Source: Octopus vulgaris
Lineage: Eukaryota
Length of the DNA stretch: 64,000 nucleotides
Direction of reading: 5' to 3'
Assembly (NCBI GenBank): GCA_951406725.2
Contig: OX597821.1
Coordinates: 79,422,001 to 79,486,000, forward strand
Shown: positions 24,060 through 38,184 of the stretch, in pieces
Layout: every line of letters starts with the position of its first letter
Numbering within the stretch: position 1 is the stretch's first letter
Program-made: the position numbers and the translations under genes
The notes under the pieces: generated by a model
Seen by the model: only the letters and a program-made list of their open reading frames with translations
Told to the model about the DNA's origin: nothing
Databases searched by the model: none

Positions 24060-26090
24060 ACTAATCTCCACGACACTCCCTCATATAAATGTAGCGTTAC
24101 CCTAACATTAAACACACCAACCAGAAAACATACCGCTATGCTCGCAATAGATGATATCAGCAGAAACTCAGCTGCTGTCCCAGACAGATTCCCAGCAATC
24201 TTTCTCAAGCCATGCAAACGTGTCCTCTGCAAAACCACAGCAGCTACTGTTTCAGAGCTCCCTTGCAAATGGTAAGCTTCTTGACAAACTAAAGGAAGGA
24301 ATAAGATGCCCTAACCATAAAGGAATAATCAGAGCAGATACTATAAATTATATGCCTTCCTCCCTGACCTCACACATCCGTGGAGTCGTGGAACGAATAG
24401 TCCACAGGAAATGAATTGCATTCGTTGAAGACAATGACTTCCTGACTGAGACCCAACATCGTTTTCGACCAAGCAGAAGCTGCTTAACACAGCTCTTGCA
24501 ACATTACGACCGGGAGTTAATGCAGCAGCTCAAAAACTCAAATATGGACAACTTATATACCTCAACTTTGCAAAAGTCTTTCACAAAGTTGACCATGGTA
24601 TGATTTCTCACAAGCTCCAAAATCTTGGCCTATTTTGAAACTTGGAAAATGGCCGTCATGTCTTTCTGAAAGACAGAAGTCAGGGAGTGGTGGTCAATGA
24701 CGCAAAATCCAACAAAACATAAATAATGATTGATCTTCCACAGGGCACTGTCCTCGAGCCCCTGTTATTCATAGTGGCCTTCCGTGACACTCTCACTCCA
24801 ACTTGAGTACCTGCTCTTGTTAGCTATACTCTTTTACTCTTTTACCTTTTACTTGTTTCAGTCATTTGACTGCGGCCATGCTGGAGCACCGCCTTTAGTC
24901 GAGCAAATCGCCCCCAGGACTTATTCATTGTAAGCCTAATACTTATTCTATCGGTCTCTTTTGCCGAACCGCTAGGTTACGGGGATGTAAACACACCAGC
25001 ATCGGTTGTCAAGTAATGCTAAGGGGACAAATACAGGCACACAAACACATACACACACATATACATATACATATATACGACAGGCTTCTTTCAGTTTCTG
25101 TCTACCAAATCCACTCACAAGGCATTGGTCGGCCCGGGGCTATAGCAGAAAACACTTGCCCAAGATGCCACGCAGTGGGACTGAACCCGGAACCATGTGG
25201 TTTGTAAGCAAGCTACTTACCACACAGCCACTCCTGCGCCTATGCGGATGATACAGATGATACAGAAGTCTCTCAGAGGATGCAGAACTCTGCAGATGCA
25301 GTGCATCTGCAACGTGAGTTGGACGTAATGCATAGGTGGATTGATGAAAAAAACATGCAGTTTAATGCAGGAAAATTCCAAGCCCTGCACTACCAACACA
25401 AAAAGCTGCATGATCATCATTGTTCGACCGTGGTCGAGACAATGGAATTTGCTATGTTACGCCAGACCTCACGGTCCATCATAGCATTACGGAGGTCCTG
25501 TTGCTGGCTTCCAGTATCCCTGGAGATAACATCAGGGTAGGAGAGTATGCGCCCTCTGGTATCGTGAGTAGATGGCTTCCAGAGGAGAAGAGTAGAAATT
25601 GCTTTGTTTTCAGCTCTACAACAATGTCCAGCAAACTGGACTCTCCTACTTTTCAAAAGAGATGACACAGGTGGTAATTTCCCATATATTTGTACTTTGG
25701 TTGGATGACGCTTCCACGAGAGATTTTGAGCTCTCATAAGGAGGTGGGGGTAGGTTCCATCCAACCGCCTCTCAAGCTTCTTTGATAACGTCCAGGTTTC
25801 TGAGCCATATAGTAGAATTGGTTCGACTGTGGCTTTGAAGATTTTAAGTTTGAAATCTCTACTTAGATTTAATGACCAGATCTTATGCTCAAAAGGCGCA
25901 ATAAAAAGCAGATAGGATATACTGACTCACGAGGGATTCCAGTCTCTGAATTAAAATCACCGCATGACCTGGGAATCGACAAGAGTAATGATGCATATTT
26001 ACATCTGCACATTATTAAGTTGGCAATAAAGCACAAACGTCTAGAAGGGGGGGATCCTTTCAACTTTCAAAACAAGAGAAAAGGAAACTA
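24060..26090 (+). mobile_element. Degenerate CR1/L2-like RT fragments interrupted by SINE A and a minus-strand RTE 3' fragment (~25410-25885)
   Basis: SLTSHI, QHRFR..RSCLTQLL, PQGTVLEPLLF, NMQFNAGKFQ; RTE RRVQFAGHCCRA. Confidence 0.7.
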
Positions 26091-26104
26091 TAATGGTTAT
26101 CTGT

Positions 26105-26575
26105 GGTCACCAAACAGAAAGACGGTTTGTCACGTCCCTGGCCTGCCATGTGTGATAACTCAAAGATCAAGGGACCCCGTGAGATACCAGGTATAAAATA
26201 ATAGATCTCCCAGGGCCCTATATTAATGGGTGTGGCCGTTGCAAAATCTGCATCGCAGAGAGAGCTAAAATTCTTAAGGGCTATGCTAAACCTGGCGCGT
26301 AAATACTCGTAAAGAAGTTTCTGCTAAATATGGCCAATTCAAGCGCTACCTACTGGAAAATTGGATCTCCCAGTTTGAAGGTTAGGTTTTTTTTGTGTCT
26401 ATAAGGGTTGTTTATATTCTGTTTTTTTTTATATGTAAAGACTTAAATATCATTTTATGAGCGTTTCCTCATTCTGCGACGTAGAAAATTAAACGTTTTG
26501 TCTCTGTATAGACTCTGACGAGCTGTCCACAACGCTTTGATTTTGTGTATACCAAAACCTTTGGTAACCCTGGGT
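26105..26575 (+). mobile_element. Penelope-like element remnant (GIY-YIG C-terminus)
   Basis: TSLACHV*LKDQG...YKIIDLPGPYINGCGRCKICIAERAKIL resembles the PLE endonuclease C-terminal CxxCxxE motif. Confidence 0.55.
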
Positions 26576-26628
26576 ACAAAATTTATATATATAAGCGATA
26601 TTGGTGGGGACAAACATACACACAAACG

Positions 26629-26685
<57 letters not shown>

Positions 26686-27059
26686 GACGGGCTTCTTTCT
26701 GTTTCCGTCTACCAAATCCACTCACAAGGCTTTGGTCAGCCCGAGGCTATAGTAGAAGACACTTGCCCAAGATGCCACGCAGTGGGACTGAACCCGGAAC
26801 CATGATGTGGTTGTTAAGCAAGCTACATACCACACAGCCACTCCTACGCCTACTATTTTCCCATATATATATATATATATATATACTTACTTTGATACTT
26901 TGATAGGTTTCGGCCATTATTGGCCCAGGCCATGTCTAACTTAATAGCACCACCTGGTGAAGTCTTTCAAGTCAGAATTTGGGCACTATGGCCCACTCAA
27001 ATAGAGAGTTATTGTTTACAGAGACATATCCGGGTGTAGGGGGTTTATCCGGGATTTCT

Positions 27060-27765
27060 TGAAAGAGAAGGACAGAGAGACAGAGAGAGGGGGACAGAGA
27101 AACAGAGAGAGAGGTGACAGAGAGACAGAGAGAGGGGGGACAGAGAGAGGGGGACAGAGAGAGAGGGGACAGAGAGACAGAGAGAGGGAGACAGAGAGAC
27201 AGAGAGACAGAGAAAGAGAAGGACAGAGAGACAGAGAGAGGGGGACAGAGAGAGAGGGGACAGAGAGACAGAGAGAGGGAGACAGAGAGACAGAGAGACA
27301 GAGAGAGGGAGACAGAGAGAGGGGAACAGAGAGACAGAGAGGGGGGGACAGAGAGACAGAGAAAGAGAAGGACAGAGAGACAGAGAGAGGGGGACAGAGA
27401 GACAGAGAGAGGGGCCAGAGAGACAGAGAGAGGGGAGACAGAGAGACAGAGAGAGAAGGGACAGAGAGACAGAGAGAGGCTGGACAGAGAGGCAGAGAGA
27501 GGGGGACAGAGAGACAGAGAGAGGGGGACAGAGACACAGAGAGAGGGGGGATAGAGAGACAGAGAGGGGGGGCAGAGAGACAGGGAAAGAGAATGACAGA
27601 GAGACAGAGAGACAGAGAAAGAGAAGGACAGAGAGAGGGGGGACAGAGAGACAGAGAGAGGGGGACAGAGAGACAGAGAGAGGGGGACAGAGACACAGAG
27701 AGAGGGGGGATAGAGAGACACAGAGAGGGGGACAGAGAGACAGAGAGAGGGGGACACAGAGAGAC
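27060..27765. repeat. Purine-rich (GACAGAGA)n-type degenerate minisatellite
   Basis: Direct inspection. Confidence 0.9.
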
Positions 27766-28158
27766 TATAGTAGAAGACACTTGTCCAAGGTGCCACGCAG
27801 TGGGACTGAACTCGGAGCCATGGGGTTCGTAAGCAAGCTACTTACCACACAGCCATATTTTTCTGAATACAGGAATTTCAACATCTCATGGGCTGCTCTC
27901 ACAAGACTATCATCTGGAGTGAGTGTTACACACACATACAAATATGCACACAGCGCGCACGCACACGCACGCACACGCACACGCACGCACACGCACACTT
28001 ACGCACACACGTACGTACACGCACGGTGTCCTCGGCTGATAAGTGAAGTGGATTCCAAATAAAGGATCGGTGTACAACTTTTATATCACAAAAATGCAAT
28101 GTGTTATTTACTTCACAGGAAACACTAGCGCATACATATATCTATCTATCTATCTATC

Positions 28159-31100
28159 GACGGACGTGTTGTCACCTCGGCTCCGAAGGTAATCGTTTAT
28201 TTTGACTATTTATAGCCCATATTTTGTGTACATTTTTGTAAATAAGGTGTGTAAAGCACCCAACTTTCGTTTGAGTGCTTTTCCAAGGAAGGAATTCGCC
28301 CCTAGGGGCAGTTTCGACCCCATTTAATTTGTGTGTATTTTCTTCTCGACATTAAAAAATGTCGAGAAATGTTATTGTAGAACGCTGGTCGCGTTCCTTT
28401 ATGGACCAGCTTTTTCCTAGACTTGAAACGCGAGGAGAAAAAAGAACTTATGCACGCAAAGTGCAAACCTGAATGACATGGTAGTGAACGCTGCAACCAC
28501 TTGCGGTAACAGCCCTGTCACCACCACCACCACCACTAACAACAACAACAAGACTACTACTGCTACCACCACCACCACGACCAACATAAATGATAAAAAT
28601 GAAACTCACGCGAATACTATTAACAAAAACAACAACAACAAGAACAACAATAAAAATGAAATAAATATCTTACCATCTAATAGTGAAGATGTTAATACAA
28701 CAGAATCAACAGCAGCTGTAAAAGCCACGTACAAGAATATTTCGGATACAACAACAAAAACACACAACGACAACAACTGCCAGAATATAACAGTAAATTT
28801 CGATGACGCCCTGCGTCAGAAAAAAGAAATTGTAAAATTTACGAATGAAGAGTTTATAGAAACGAGAGCACTCTTTACAACCCAAGGGTAGGATTTAGTG
28901 CTGCATACACCTCAACACATAAAGGAACAAATAGAAAATAAGACAATTATATATAAAATTATAAGAAAAAACAAAAAACAAAATGAACAGATTACAAAAA
29001 CGGACATAGAAAAATGTTTAAAAACATGATGAAAAAAAAGAATATATAAACTGGGGTCCCCAGTTTAATACAGTGGTGGTCCGCTTCCCTAACCAGGAAG
29101 TGTCAAAAGCTCACTCTATGGAGTCTTTGCAAAATGATGAAATCATCATGGTACCATATTACAAAGGCCAGAGAGTGAGTAGAATTAGCATTAAAAATGT
29201 ACCTCCCGAGATACCTAACAAATGGATAACAGTGGGCAATCTGTTACCATTTGAAAACGATAAACATATTAGAAACCACCGTGTACAAAAATGACAATTG
29301 GGGTGGTAAAACAATAGTAGTGACCATCCAGATTGAGGGGTCCTCTATCGAGAACCTACCTGATAGGATCCATTTAGAAAATGGGCAAAGCCTATATGTT
29401 GTAGCAGAAGGCAAAAAGCCTAGATGCTACAAATGTGGCAGCCCAGAACATTTAATTGCCAAGTGCGCTCTGGCACAGAAAAAACAAGAAAGAGCAAATC
29501 AGAAAACAAATAAAAAACCCTTGTTTCCAACACCAACACCAACACACTCAATTATGGAACAATGCCAAGAAAAACAACAAACCAGCAAACAAACCCCAAC
29601 AACATCACCAAGAAAAGAAACAGTACCAACACAATCACCGTTGACGTCGCAACCAATTCAACATACTGAACCAACAAAAGATAAACCAACACCAACACCG
29701 AGGACGACAATTAAAAAGACAGAAAACAGTGACGAGAAGACAAATTCTACCCCTAACACCACAACAACACAAACACCGCGCAAAACATCAGCAATTTCTA
29801 CAAGCATACATATTAATGCAAATGCTTTGCCTTTACCCCCTTCTGATTCGTCGGACGACGAAAGTTCGACGGAATGGCAAATAGCCACAGGGGGTAAAAG
29901 GAAAAGATCCAAAAAGCCCACCAAACAAGGAAGTAAAGCAGGGAGATATTTAACTCCGGACAGCATCCCGCTAGACAATCAAAAAATCAATGAACCCGCA
30001 AAACCACACACACAACTAACTGCAATAGACACAGACAATAAAAAATTAATGGATTACATTGCATCCAACACGGACATCTGTGAAGATGACTTTAAGACAA
30101 ACAATCATCCGCGCACCACACCACCGAAACACATAAGAATTGTACACATAACACAAACACAACACCATACACTGAAAACAATATTTCCAAATGCGGTAGG
30201 CGGGTTTCAACGATACCTCTCCAAAAAACTATACAAACACCTCCTCAAAGACACTACAAAAGAAGAACAAAAAAATGAAACTTTCGAAATGAGTAAGTGA
30301 CCTTCCCTCTTGTCTCTTGTCTCTTCCAATGTAGTGTGTGAAACACAATTTTCGTAAACGTCAATTATGTTTAAATTAGGTTGTGTGAATGCGCGTGGCT
30401 TGGCGTCGGCTTGGAAGCAAGGTTACCTTCTAAACGACATCAAGTTACTGAACGTGGATATAGTAGCTATCAGTGAAACCAGACTCAGCAAGCCACGGGC
30501 CCTCGCGTCCATGTTTGGCGATCATTTCGACATTTATTTTTCTCCGTCTGCCGAACATGGGTGGTGGAGGTACCGCGGTGCTTTTTCGAAAGAGTCTAAA
30601 TGTAAAAGTAAGAACAATATTCCTAGACCCGTAGGGTAGGCTGGTTCTCTTGAACGTGGATGGCAGAAATGGGTATGCATTCCATCTGATGGCAGTTTAT
30701 GCACCGTCCTTAACGGGTCGGGCGGATTTCGTCAGACGTCTAGAGGTTTTCCTGGGTACGTCTAGACCTTTACTGTTAGTAGGGTATTGGAACGCTACCT
30801 TAGACACGCATCTAGATTATGTGGGAATGGATAGGAATAGAAGGTGGTGTAAGTGCCTCAAAGACCTACTCAGACATTTCCATTTGTCTGACAGGTTCCG
30901 ACTCGACCATCCGAACGTGCCAACGTGGACTTGGACAAACCGCGTCGGATCGTCGAGATCTTATCTAGATAGAATTCTATGCAGGACAGCGGATAGGGAT
31001 AGTGTAGGATGTCCACAATTTAAAATAGTCAGCTACACAGATCACAAATTTGGGACGTGTACGCTCGACTTAGATAAGACACATAGACAGGGTCCTGGTT

Positions 31101-33934
31101 ACTAGAAACTGAACACGTCGCTCTTAGCGGGACAGGTTTACAGGAACCGGATTAGCGAGTTAATTAAGAGGGCGCTGACGGGAGCCGTCGTTAACAACCG
31201 CTGGTGGTTCGCCTTGAAAATGGCAATAAAATCGGAATCAATTAGGTTTAGCAAAGAATTAGCGATAGATCGAAATAGAGTAGAGGGAGACCTGTTAAGA
31301 AACTAGAAGAGGCACTTACCACTGGCAGCGCAACCAACGTGCTGAGTGCGAGGATGGCCCTCGACCAACACCTCAACGCCAAGCACGAAGGTTGCGTCGT
31401 CACAGCTAAAATGCGTGCCTTAAGGAACGAAGGGATCGAAGCTGCGCGAGAGACCCGGGTAGCGGAGGTGCAGCGTTGCAACAGAGACACCATTCGGTCT
31501 CTAATAGATCAACAGGGATGCAGTTTACTCGAACCCGAAAGGATGTGTGAGGCCTTTCAACAGCACTTTGCTCGACTGTTTGGTGCGAGTGGTGGGTCGG
31601 AACGCGGGATGGATTTCAGTGCCTACCTGACCGACGTACTGCGGCTCTCGGCAAGAGAAGCGGAGTGTTGTGAAAGTCCCATCACAGCCGCTGATGTGTG
31701 GGATGCGATGGCCGGCTGCGCGAGGGATAAGTCGCCTGGATTGGATGGTTTACCATACGAGCTGTATTGTCAAATGCCAGACTTGTTTGGCGACCTCTTG
31801 GCATCAGTCTACTGCAACTGGCAACAAAACGGGAGAATCCCCGGTTTCGTGAGCCGAGGTGCAGTGACGTTGCTGAAGAAAGACCCAACCAAGGGGAATT
31901 TTATAGATAATTTCAGGCCCATCACTCTGCTCAACGCAGATTTGAAAATTTTGGCCAAAGTAATAGCCGAGAGGTTGGCGCTTGTCATTGCTAAACTGGT
32001 CGACAGGGCGCAAACATGCGCCGTGCCGGGCAGAACCATACATGACAACCTCCATCTGATGCGCTACATTGTGGACAGGGTAGTTAAGGATCCTGGCATG
32101 GGTGGGGAGCTGATCAATTTGGATCAGTCTAAAGCCTTCGATAGGGTCGACCATCGGTACTTGGCGGCCGTCCTCAGGGCGGCTGGCTTCGGTCCCGTCT
32201 TCCGCGGTTGGATCGCTGCCTTGTATAGCGGCATCCGATCGGTGATTCGGGTGAACGGTCACCTGTCGAAACCGTTTGACATCACGCGTTCGGTCCGTCA
32301 GGGGTGTCCCCTGTCGGCGCTTCTGTATGTATTGACTCTCGAGCCGCTACTGCGGAAGCTGGCGACACTGAGGGGCATCCCACGGGAACTGGGTTGCGGG
32401 ACGAGCGTGTCGGCATATGCGGATGCTGTCATCGTCATAGTGTCGAGTGACAAACACATCCAGATGATAGGCGAGACACTAAGAAAATACGAAACGGTGA
32501 CGGGAGCGAAGATTAACCCGGAAAAGTCAGTGGGTTTGCTACTCGGCACCTGGAGAAGCAAGCCCATGCCGTCCGACTGCGGCACAGTAGTGGGACGCTG
32601 GACGGACGGACCGGTTAAATTGCTCGGGGTCTGGTTCAGTCCGGACCTCCAAATGGATAAGAACTGGGACGAGATCACGAGTAGAGTGGACGCTCTCAGC
32701 CAAACATGGGCCGAGAGGAAGCTGTCTCTAAAAGGCCGGGTGGAGGTGGCGAACGCGTACATCGCATCCGTCATCGATTACCGCCTGACCGTCGTACCTT
32801 GTCCCGACGCCACCATCACCAAACTGGAACGCATACTCTTCCGCTTCCTGTGGAAGGGTGGCGTTCCGATGGTGAGGAAGTCCATTTGCTGTCAACATCC
32901 GTTGAATGGAGGACTGGGCATGCCGTGGTTTCGACATCTCTGGAACTTCATCGACGACGGTGAACAGGTGTGGGCGCCGTTTGTGAGGCGCGCCTTCCCG
33001 CAGCTCGTCTCACTGACCGAACTGCAAACGTGGATCAAGAAGAGACCGAAACTGGGCGATTGGCACCGAGAGTGTCGCCAAGCTCTACAGCAGCTCTGCC
33101 GACCGGGGTCAAACTTGTGCAACTTACAAACGACTAAAGCGTTCTATAGAGGACTAGTGGAGGGAAGGTCCGACGACACACTCGGGGCAAACCTGGGCGT
33201 CGACGAGAAATTCCTAACCCGCCTGTTCAGGACGACGTTCGGGCCGGGGCCTATGGATAACTTCCAGAAATCCCTGGCTTGGCAGTGCTATCGAGATGCA
33301 CTACCTGTTCAAGAGAAGAGCTACAGGCACGGTTCGAAAACCATCACCGGACCGACCTGCCCGAGATGCGGTCAGAGCGACGAAACCGTTCTGCACGCAC
33401 TCGTCCAGTGTCCAGATATTTCAGAGCTGTGGACCTTCGTCGAACAGCTGTTGTCACGTGTAGGTCGGGCCCGCTTATCGGCCGAGTTTATCGTCAGTCT
33501 CTCGTCAACTTTTTCAAGTACCACTTGAAAAGGAGGATGAGAATAGAGAGGAAGGCTTTGTCGAACGAATGTTTTAATAAAAAGTGGGTAAAAGTGGCAC
33601 AAATTGTCAGTATGAAAGACGACACTATTTTAAGCATAAATCTGTAACCAAAAGAGACAACGAGAAGTAAGGCGACTTACTCATGTGTTCATTTTCGAAC
33701 AGTCTGAGATGACCTTGGTCTTTTTTGTAGGTTTTTCTTTCCAAGGCTACACCTAAACTGTGAACTTTATATATATATATTGCTTTTTTATACACCACAC
33801 AACCCACAGATCCCTATTGATCAAACGTTTTTTTTTTTTGTGCCCCACCCATCCCACCTCGAAAAGAAAGAATTCTACGTTGTATTTCGTCCATTTTTAT
33901 TCCGTGTTTAGCCCCGTGTGGCCATAATAAAAAG
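28159..33934 (+). mobile_element. Near full-length Tx1/L1-clade LINE (inactivated), flanked by (TATC)n
   Basis: ORF1 with zinc knuckle CYKCGSPEHLIAKC; ORF2 APE (NARGL, ISETR, SYLDRI, TDH) plus RT (QGCPLS, YADA) and C-terminal CPRC..ETVLH..C; stops and frameshifts. Confidence 0.92.
30367..33647 (+). pseudogene. Tx1 ORF2 (APE-RT), disrupted
   Basis: ORFs 30367-30639, 30650-31105, 31339-33528; catalytic YADD reads YADA. Confidence 0.85.
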
Positions 33935-34142
33935 TTATCTATCTACCTATCTATCTACCTGTCTATCAATCTGTCTATCTATGTATCTATATATATATAT
34001 ATCTATTTATCTACCTACCTACCTATCTATCTACACACACACAATTTTAGGTTTTGAACCAGTAAATCATTGGATGATACCATCCCTTAATGAGGTTAAG
34101 TTGCCCTCTAATAGAATATACATACATATATACATACATTCA

Positions 34143-34183
<41 letters not shown>

Positions 34184-34314
34184 TATGAACCACATGGTTC
34201 CAGGTTCAGTCCCACTACATGGCACCTTGGGTAAGTGTCTTCTACTATAGCTTCGGGCCGACCAAAGCTTTGTGAGTGGATTTGGTAGACGGAAACTGAA
34301 AGAAGCCCATCGTA

Positions 34315-34434
<120 letters not shown>

Positions 34435-34689
34435 TGTATGTATGTATGTATGCGGGTGTATATGCTTGTGTGTCTGTGTTTGCCCCCCCAACATCTCTTG
34501 ACAACCGATGCTGGTATGTTTACGTCTCCGTAACTTAGCGGTTCGGCAAAAGAGACCGATCGAATAAGTACTAGGCTTACAAAGAATAAGTCCCGGGGTC
34601 GATTTGCTCGACTAAAGGCGGTGCTCCAGCATGGCCACAGTCATGTGACTGAAACAAGTAAAAGAGTAAAGAGTAAAGTGTATATATCA

Positions 34690-35258
34690 CCTTGATCACC
34701 TTGACCGACCAGTCCGTCGGGCGTCCACTTGACACCGCTGGTCACAGCACGCTGTCCACTCCTCTCTGGATCGCACCTTTCTTGTCCACGTGATCCCAAT
34801 CTTCCTCCTGAAATCGTAACTCCACCGTTGTGGCGGCCTTCCGAGTGGTCGTTTCCACTCGCGCGTGTACAATTTGACAACTGCGTGCGTCCACCGATTA
34901 TCGGTGAGCCAGGCGACGTGTCCAGCCCCTCTAAACTTGCTGCGTGTATATTCTGCGATGATATCCCTCACGCAGGACTTCGTTCTGATGATGTCGCTAC
35001 TGATGTGCTCTCTCAACGAGATACCAAGCATTGACCTTTCCATGGCTCTTTGAGCCGTTACCAGTCTCTGCTCTTCTCTCTTTGTGGTAGCCCATGTTTC
35101 ACTACCATATGACATTGCATATAGAACTGTACTGTTGATGAGGTTGGCGCGGGTGGTCCTGTCCAACCTTCCATTGAGCACATCCCTTATGCCATTATAC
35201 GCCTTCCATCCGGCCCTTACTCTCCGTGAGATCTCCTTTTCGATGGGACAGGAAGTGA

Positions 35259-35260
<2 letters not shown>
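34690..35260 (-). mobile_element. RTE-clade LINE 3' fragment
   Basis: EISRRVRAGW...YGSETW...AGHVAW...KRPLGRPPQRW. Confidence 0.85.
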
Positions 35261-35310
<50 letters not shown>

Positions 35311-35651
35311 TGCAAGTTTAGCAAACTTAATGGCGGTGCCCCAACATAGCCTCACTCCTTAGGATGAAAAATAAAAGAACTATTAAAAAATGAATTAATT
35401 ATGGAATGACCTAGTGTGTGTATATATATATATATATATATTATTGAAATGGATAAATGAATTATCTTGTTACGGATTATTCAAAAGATAACCGATACCT
35501 GGGTAGCAAAAATCACAACAGAAAAAATCACGGTTGAGGTTACGAGCATGGGGTCTCAAACCCGTGCCTTAGTGCGGAAATTTGAAGTTTATATATTTAG
35601 TGTAGGAAGAAATGGAGCTGAACGAAGATTTAACAAAATTCCTTTTTATTA

Positions 35652-35735
35652 TTTTCTACATATGTTTCAAAAGCTGCAAAGTCCCTAATTCGGATTGAAT
35701 AAGGAGACCATTTTGCAGCCTTCTCTTCAGGAAAA
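35652..35735 (-). ncRNA. Type I HHR, canonical core, long stem II
   Basis: UUUUC-CUGAAGA-GAAGGCUGCAAA...UUUGCAGCUUUU-GAAA-CAUAUG-UA^GAAAA. Confidence 0.8.
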
Positions 35736-35975
35736 TCCAGGAACTTAATTCTCCATCAAAATGCACATCAAACTTTTCGGCAAACGCTCGCGAGGAGCCC
35801 ATGGGATAAATGGCACAAAACTGTCTCTCAATATGCGTTGACGCCAGGCTGGGTGAAAGCCGACGAAAATGTCCGTTGAGATAAATCAAGGTCAAAATCC
35901 GGCTAACAGGGGGGGGGAGAAAATAATAAAAAGGAATTTTGTTAAATCTTCGTTCAGCTCCATTTCTTCCTACAC

Positions 35976-36019
<44 letters not shown>

Positions 36020-36259
36020 TATATGTATATATGTATATGTCTATGTATATATGTATGTATGTATGTATGTTTGTATGTATGTATGTATGTATGTATGTAT
36101 GTATATATGTATGTATGGCGGGACACATTCCTGTAGAGAATGGTGTCAAGCAATCCTTGCCCCAATTCTCTTTTCTTTGTACTTTGCTGCTGCTTTTATT
36201 CATGCTTTAGCTAAGGTTAGCTCTCTGGGAAAATATGTCAGATATCGATTTGCTGGAGC

Positions 36260-37180
36260 TTAGTGTCATCAGCAAATATTTTCACTTTGCAGTAATGTAC
36301 GACACTGGAAAGGTCGTTTATGTAAATTATGAAGAGGAGCGGACCCAAGACAGTCCCCTGGGGGACACCGCTGGTGACTTTTGCTGGGCTTGAGTGAACT
36401 CCATCAACTACAACATGTTGTGTTCTATTCGCCAGGAAATACTTATCCAGTGTAGAACTTTTCCACGGATTCCAACATTTGCCAATTTTCAGAGTAGGAT
36501 ATTATGGTGTACCCTGTCGAACGCTTTACTGTAGTCAAGATATATGACGTCAGAGTTCGAACCTGTTCCCAAGGCTTTGAGTACATCTTCAATGTGGTGT
36601 AAGAGCTGTGTTAGACAGTCCCTGCCACAGCGAAAGCCATGCTGATTTGCATTTAGGAGTTTGTGGGTCTCCAGGAAGTCAGCTATCCTTGATCTTAACA
36701 CTCTTTCAAACACTTCAATGATGTGGGAGGTGAGTGAGATTGGGCGATAGTTGACTGCGAGGGATCTGTTTCCATGTTTGAAAACCGGGATGACTGACTG
36801 GGATAGAAACTGTTTCGGTATATAACCTGCGTCTAACGAATTTCTCCAGAGGTTGGTCAGAGGGACTGCAAGTTGGTGTCTACATTCCTTCAGGAGACTA
36901 GCAGGGAATCTATCAGAGCCTACAGCAGAGTAGTATTTGACCTCATTTATTGCTGCTATGATATCAGTGGCAGTGAAGGTTATGTCTGAGATTTTATGTT
37001 GGGAGTCAACTTCGTTCGCTTCTCTTACGTCAATATCAGTGGGAACACTAAAGACAGAGCAGTATTGTTTCTGCAGTATTTCTGCCATTTCTTTAGCATC
37101 ATGTTGGGGAATGCCGTTATCATCAATCAATGGCCCAATGGGTGAGACAGTGGTTCTATGCTTATTTGCATAAGAATATG
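36260..37180 (-). mobile_element. CR1/L2-like LINE RT fragment
   Basis: NYRPISLTSH, NQHGFR, YLDYSKAFDRV, SGVPQGTVLGP, FADDTK. Confidence 0.85.
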
Positions 37181-37308
37181 TTACAATTACTCAATAGTCA
37201 AGATAAATCTCTGAGTGGAAATCCACAACACCATCTGGCCATCTGAAAAGCGCTATGAAAAAATACCGTTTGAGGTCTTTTCTTTCTTTTGTTATCTTAC
37301 CGTTTTTA

Positions 37309-37399
<91 letters not shown>

Positions 37400-37571
37400 A
37401 TCATTTAGTTTTGTAAGTTTCCTAATGTGAGATATGTTGTATTTCCTGCTACTCCATGGACGTTTCCAATAAAACCAACAACAGACATTTAACAATAAAG
37501 GGTGTCACGAAATGCAAAAACATTTTAATGGTTTCATTTAACTGACACGCGTAGACCTCTCTCTTTCTCTC

Positions 37572-37645
<74 letters not shown>

Positions 37646-37938
37646 AAGAAAGAGAGAGGGGGGTTATGAGAAGTAATGGTGTCAATAAGACCCAAAGGTG
37701 TCAGGTAATACTGAGTAAGTGCTATAGATAGACCATAGTTAAATTCCAGGTTCGGTGATTATGCGTATAAGGAGTCCAACGTAGGTCATATATCAGTATG
37801 TGTATATATAATTTTTTTTCAGAATGAGACAAAAATCCAAGGCTGTGAAGATTTTAGAACATTTATAGATATTAATAAATGTCCTAAAATGTTCACAGCC
37901 TTTGTTTTTAATCTTATTCTCAAAATACTATAAATATT

Positions 37939-38014
<76 letters not shown>

Positions 38015-38035
38015 TATATGTACATATATATTTAT

Positions 38036-38084
<49 letters not shown>

Positions 38085-38097
38085 CACACACATATAC

Positions 38098-38175
<78 letters not shown>

Positions 38176-38184
38176 GTATATATA

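Noticed and set aside
26510-26545. CUGACGA box after the PLE remnant
   Set aside because: No following GAAA or stem III; at most a broken HHR
26972-27832. 250-270 aa low-complexity ORFs
   Set aside because: Artefacts of a GA-rich minisatellite lacking stops
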